Assembly (NCBI GenBank): GCA_963782525.1
Contig: CAWAKC010000001.1
Span: 160,001 to 224,000, forward strand
Source of the DNA: Candidatus Bathyarchaeota archaeon
GTDB taxonomy: Archaea; Thermoproteota; Bathyarchaeia; Bathyarchaeales; Bathycorpusculaceae
Reading direction: 5' to 3'
DNA length: 64,000 nucleotides
Numbering within the stretch: position 1 is the first letter of the stretch; the number at the start of each line of letters is the position of its first letter. Of this stretch, positions 59,413 through 64,000 are shown piece by piece. A program made the position numbers and the translations under genes. The notes under the pieces are model-generated. The model saw only the letters and a list, made by a program, of their open reading frames with translations. It had not been told where the DNA came from and ran no database searches.

Positions 59413-60876
59413 ATGAGCCAACCGCAAACACAAAACAAACCAAACCAAAGTTCTACGCCGCACAGCCGAATAATACTGGCAATTATTGTGCTTGGCACAC
59501 TAATGGGTTCCCTAGACAGCACCATAGTCCTCTTAGCATTTCCAACCATAAACGACAACCTCCACTCCGACCTCGCCACTTCAATTTGGATAATCTTGGC
59601 CTATCTGTTGGTGATTGCCGTTGCAACTACGCAGATGGGCAGAATTGGCGATATATATGGGCGAAGCAGAATATTCAACACAGGCTTCATAATCTTCACC
59701 GTCGGCTCAGTCCTTTGCGGATTCTCAACCCACATCTACCTGCTCATCGCCTTTAGGGTAGTTCAAGCCGCAGGCGGCGCCATCATGCAAGCAACCAGCG
59801 GAGCCATAATCGCCGATGTATTCCCGCCCCAAATCCGAGGCAGAGCATACGGCTACAACTCCTTAGGATTTACTGCAGGAGCGATGCTTGGAATAGTCTT
59901 TGGAGGAGTAATAACCACTTTCATCGGTTGGCAGTACATATTCTTCATAAACATTCCAATCGGCATAATCGCAACGGTGACCGGCTTCAAGTACATAAAA
60001 GACACCCATAAAGCGCCGTCGAAACTTAACCTGCCCGGCATGGGACTGCTCGCCGTAGCACTTGTGTTGTTGTCTTTGGGCTTGGTTAATTTTGCTGCGG
60101 AAGGAATCAGCACTACCAGCATCATCTTAGCCATCATTGGTGCTGCATTGATTCCGGTGTTCTTCTGGTATGATCGCCATCTCAAAAACTCGTTGATTGA
60201 CTATGAAGCCCTCAAAAACAAAATTTTACGAAACGCGATCCTCTCAGCCTTCTTCCTCAGCATAGGCTACTTCGCCGTAGTATTCCTAGTTATCATGTAC
60301 CTACAGGGCATTAGGGGACTGTCGCCGTTAGATGCTTCGCTTCTGCTCGTACCAGGGTATGTAGCGGGAAGTTTTCTGGGTCCAATCATGGGCAGACTCA
60401 GCGACAAATACGGCTCAAGAGACATAGCCACCATCGGCGTTTTCTTCTTAGCACTAGCCATCCTAGTTTACTTAACCATGAGTACAACCTCCCCGCTCTG
60501 GATTGTCCTATTAGCTTCAGCGATCTCAGGCTTAGGCACCTCAATGTTCTTCCCAGCCAACAACAGCGCAGTCATGGCAAACGCCCGCCAAGGCTCCTTT
60601 GGCAGCATCTCAGGATTGCTAAGAACTGTGCAGAACATCGGCTTGGTTGGAAGCTACGTCTTAGCCATATCGGTTGCAGCAGCGTCAGTTCCTAGGCAAG
60701 TGGCGTTTGAAGTCTTCATCGGAACATCCAGTCTCTCTGGAGGGGTAAGCACTGCGTTCTTGGGAGGCATACACAACGCATTCTACGCTTCCATAACCAT
60801 ACTGGTAATTGCAGCTGTGCTTTCGTATTTTAGGGGAAAAGAAGTCAGGAATCAGCCGACAAACCCTAAAACCTAA
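59413..60876 (+). CDS. MFS transporter, DHA2-like (14 TM)
   Basis: LDSTIV, GRIGDIYGR, FFINIPIG. Confidence 0.92.
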   Translation: MSQPQTQNKPNQSSTPHSRIILAIIVLGTLMGSLDSTIVLLAFPTINDNLHSDLATSIWIILAYLLVIAVATTQMGRIGDIYGRSRIFNTGFIIFTVGSVLCGFSTHIYLLIAFRVVQAAGGAIMQATSGAIIADVFPPQIRGRAYGYNSLGFTAGAMLGIVFGGVITTFIGWQYIFFINIPIGIIATVTGFKYIKDTHKAPSKLNLPGMGLLAVALVLLSLGLVNFAAEGISTTSIILAIIGAALIPVFFWYDRHLKNSLIDYEALKNKILRNAILSAFFLSIGYFAVVFLVIMYLQGIRGLSPLDASLLLVPGYVAGSFLGPIMGRLSDKYGSRDIATIGVFFLALAILVYLTMSTTSPLWIVLLASAISGLGTSMFFPANNSAVMANARQGSFGSISGLLRTVQNIGLVGSYVLAISVAAASVPRQVAFEVFIGTSSLSGGVSTAFLGGIHNAFYASITILVIAAVLSYFRGKEVRNQPTNPKT

Positions 60877-60929
60877 TACCGCCAACCCACAACTGTTATA
60901 ATAGCACATTTACGGCTGGGGAAAATGAC

Positions 60930-61880
60930 GTGGGTAAACTAAAATTCGGCGTATTCCTACCCTTCTACGCATTCCAAGCCAAAACGCCGACTGAACAGTT
61001 TGAAACCCTCAAAACCATCGTTTTAGATTGCGAACGCTACGAATACGATTCGGTTTGGCTTGACGACCACTTAATGTACAATAACTGGCCTATCCTTGAA
61101 TCCTGGACCACCCTGTCTTCACTCTCCACTTTAACCAACAAGATACGGTTGGGAACTATGGTTTCCTGCATCCAACATCGAAACCCTGCTTTACTCGCCA
61201 AATCCGCCGCCACCCTCGACGTTCTCTCGAACGGAAGATTAGAGTTTGGCATCGGTGCAGGCGCTCAAGAAGCAGAGCATTTAGCTTATGGGTTTGGTTT
61301 TCCCAAGCTGAACGATAGAATTGAGCAGTTGGGGGAGGCTTTAGAAGTAATTAAGCTGTTGTGGACTCAGGAAAAAACAACCTACCAAGGCAAACACTAC
61401 TCGCTGAAAGATGCTGTCTGTGAACCTAAACCTCTACAGAAACCTCATATTCCTATAACGGTGGGTGGCAGCGAAGAAAAATACACCCTTAAAGTCACCG
61501 CGAAGTACGCGGACCGGTTTGACTGGGGATACCTGCCCTCCGTCGAGGTTTATAAACATAAACTTGAGGTTTTAGAGAATCATTGCAAGGCAGTGGGCAG
61601 AAATTTCGGTGAAATTGAACGCTCTGCTTGGCCAAACGGACAAATACTGATAGCAGAAAACCAAAATGCACTTGACGAAAAAATCAAGAAATTAAAGCCG
61701 CCGAACATGAGCTTGCAAGATTACATGAAGGGAACCTTGGCTGTAACAGCAAACGAATGCCGAAATCCCCTGCAGGGCTACATCGATTTGGGCGCAACTT
61801 ATTTTATGCTATACTTCGCCGACTTACCAAGCACAGATGGGTTAAGACTATTCGCCGAAGCCATCGCCAACAAGTTTTAA
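60930..61880 (+). CDS. LLM-class (probably F420-dependent) oxidoreductase
   Basis: DSVWLDDH, RLGTMV, RNPALLAK, LD.LS.GR...GIGAG, PKPLQ.P. Confidence 0.9.
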   Translation: MGKLKFGVFLPFYAFQAKTPTEQFETLKTIVLDCERYEYDSVWLDDHLMYNNWPILESWTTLSSLSTLTNKIRLGTMVSCIQHRNPALLAKSAATLDVLSNGRLEFGIGAGAQEAEHLAYGFGFPKLNDRIEQLGEALEVIKLLWTQEKTTYQGKHYSLKDAVCEPKPLQKPHIPITVGGSEEKYTLKVTAKYADRFDWGYLPSVEVYKHKLEVLENHCKAVGRNFGEIERSAWPNGQILIAENQNALDEKIKKLKPPNMSLQDYMKGTLAVTANECRNPLQGYIDLGATYFMLYFADLPSTDGLRLFAEAIANKF

Positions 61881-61881
61881 T

Positions 61882-62208
61882 TTAGAGGTCCCCCCGGGCA
61901 ATATGCAATAACTCATGAACTATAATTTCGTCTAACGTGTGATAGGAGTTTTCTCTCACCAAAATAATGAATTCTGCATCGTTGTTTTCGTCGCCGTTAA
62001 ACACGCAGGCATCTGTGCCCTTGGTTGAAAGAAGCCTGCCCCACTCCTCAATTTCCCGAAAATCATCCTCAATGCAATGGCGATGTTGAAGGACGCGGTT
62101 GAAGTCGTCGTCGCTTAGTCTGAAGGCTTTAACTTTTGGCAAAGGCTTGTCACTCAATGTTTTCCAGGCAGTTGTTAGGCGCCTTTTAGATATGCGCTCG
62201 GTTTTCAT
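61882..62208 (-). CDS. Small hypothetical protein with C-terminal HExxH
   Basis: IVHELLHI at the C-terminus. Confidence 0.6.
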   Translation of the reverse strand: MKTERISKRRLTTAWKTLSDKPLPKVKAFRLSDDDFNRVLQHRHCIEDDFREIEEWGRLLSTKGTDACVFNGDENNDAEFIILVRENSYHTLDEIIVHELLHIARGDL

Positions 62209-62431
62209 TTGGATTCCTTCAACCAAAACCATACGAAACCACCATTTATTGTGTTTTTCGTTAAAAGAAACTTACCACTTCAGGCAAGTCGCATTAAAAA
62301 TCAGCGTTTTTAGCTGTAAAAGCGTTTGCGGTAGTCAAGCTACTACTACAACCAAATTAAGTTCAGGGTTAAAAAGTTATCCCTAAACCGCCTGTACTAA
62401 GAATTGGTGTCTAAAAATAAGGAGAGGTTGG

Positions 62432-63956
62432 CTATTGGTGGTTTTTGTTGTTGTAGTCGGTTGTCAACACGTTCATGCCGCTGAGCACCGCTTCCATGCT
62501 GGCTTTAACGATGTCTTCGCGCACACCCATCGCCGTGACGGTTCGGTTGCCCTTGCGCATGTGCACAAGAACTTCAACCATAGCATCTGTTCCTCCCGTG
62601 ATAGCTTTGACATTGTACTGCTCCAGCGTTATGGGTTCAGTTTCTGCGATGGCATCTTTCACGGCATTTATGGCCGCATCCACGGGACCAACGCCCACAG
62701 CCGCACCCCAAACGACTTTCCCATTAAGTTTTAGGCGTACTGAAGCGGTTGAGGTTACTTTGTCGCCGCCAACATACGTCATTTCTTCAAGTTGAATCGG
62801 TTTGTCTCCGCCCAAACCCATAACGGTTTCAGCTATGGCGAGGACATCGGCATCCATGACGGTTTTGCCTTTGTCGCCGAGTTCTTTTATGCGCTGGAAA
62901 ATCTGTTTGAATTGTGATTCTGTGGGTTTTAAGCCCATGTTGTTGAGGTCGGCGCGTATGGCGTTGGAACCTGAGTGTTTTCCGGCGGCGATGCGTCTTT
63001 GGCACCCGACCAATTCAGGAGCAATCGGCTCATAAGTTAAAGGGTTAGCGAGGACGCCTTGGGTGTGGATTCCAGATTCGTGAGTGAAGGCGTTTTCTCC
63101 CACAACAGCTTTGTTAGGTTGCACATGAACACCCGTTAACCGTGAAACCAGCTGGGATGTGCCATAGAGCAACTCGGTTTTGATGTTCAGGTCCAGCTTG
63201 TAGAGCGACCGCAGAGTTATCACTATTTCTTCCAAGGCTGCGTTACCTGCGCGTTCGCCGAGTCCGTTGATTGTTGAATGGCATTCTTCCGCTCCTGAGC
63301 CTAAAGCAGCCACGGTGTTGGCGACTGCCATGCCAAAGTCATTGTGGCAATGGACGGCTATTGGGACTTTTATGGATTCTTTGAGGTTGCTGAAGAACTC
63401 TGCGGCACGTTCAGGCGTTAGGATTCCTACGGTATCGCATGGAACAACCCTGTCCACGCCAGCATCAACCGCTGCCAGAAACACTTTGGTTAAGTATTCG
63501 AAGTCTGAGCGGGTTGCATCCTCAGCTAGCAGCTCTACCGATAAACCATGCGCTTTAGCGTACGAGACAACTTCATGGGTTGTTGCAAGGATTTGCTCAC
63601 GAGTCTTACGCAACTTAACCTCTATATGCAAATCAGAAGTTGGAATAATCATCGCGACGCCTGAAGCTCCACTTTTCAGTACAGAGTCAACGTCATTTTT
63701 GGTGCCTCTTGCAGCACTAAAAACCTGCGCCCGAAGCCCCTGCTTAGCAATTAAGGCAACTGATTCCATTTCACCCTCAGAAACCGCCGCGAACCCAGCC
63801 TCAATAAAATCTACACCAAGCTCATCCAGCCTCTGGGCTATACGCAATTTGTTTTCAGGAACAAGAGATACTCCGGGTGTTTGTTCACCATCACGCAGGG
63901 TGGTGTCTAAAAACTTTACAGACTTAGGGAAGCGGTTGAATAAAGCAATACCCCAT
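62432..63956 (-). CDS. 2-isopropylmalate/citramalate synthase family (LeuA/CimA); extra G just after the ATG
   Basis: In-frame DTTLRDGEQTPG upstream of the listed ORF, HCHND, GERAGN, HESGIH, GKHSG, regulatory domain GVGPVDA. Confidence 0.9.
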
Positions 63957-64000
63957 TTAAATCACATTCATTTTCAAGGGGGCAAGCTTAAATATAAAAT

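Overview
Archaeal chromosomal window. It is most consistent with a TACK archaeon, probably Bathyarchaeia; this is inferred from the Cren7-like protein, the intron-containing tRNA, gene order and moderate GC. Most of the window is core genes: Lhr helicase, TBP, pyrE, the dtdA-secE-spt5-uL11-uL1-uL10 cluster, DNA ligase, the uL22-to-secY/cmk ribosomal superoperon, hypE and hypFCD, tRNA-Met with an intron at 45/46, RPA, ilvC, leuB and leuA/cimA. The main non-obvious signals are non-coding. (1) A family of trinucleotide-arm palindromes (GAA/GTT/GTA arms, often with a GTAG foot) forms REP/BIME-like clusters at about 16.7 kb and 57.7 kb, and also occurs beside and inside a decayed terminase module. 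(2) An IS110/IS1111-type element has inserted into one of these palindromes, and its 3' non-coding end contains readable target and donor guide segments, i.e. a bridge/seek RNA. (3) Three related dif-like sites about 750-780 bp apart each bracket a single gene upstream of ilvC, resembling a cassette array. (4) A long G-U-rich hairpin with its own TATA-like box is a candidate ncRNA. Several single-base indels in conserved genes (rps3, argF, leuA/cimA, vapC) look like sequencing errors, so single-frameshift pseudogene calls need caution.
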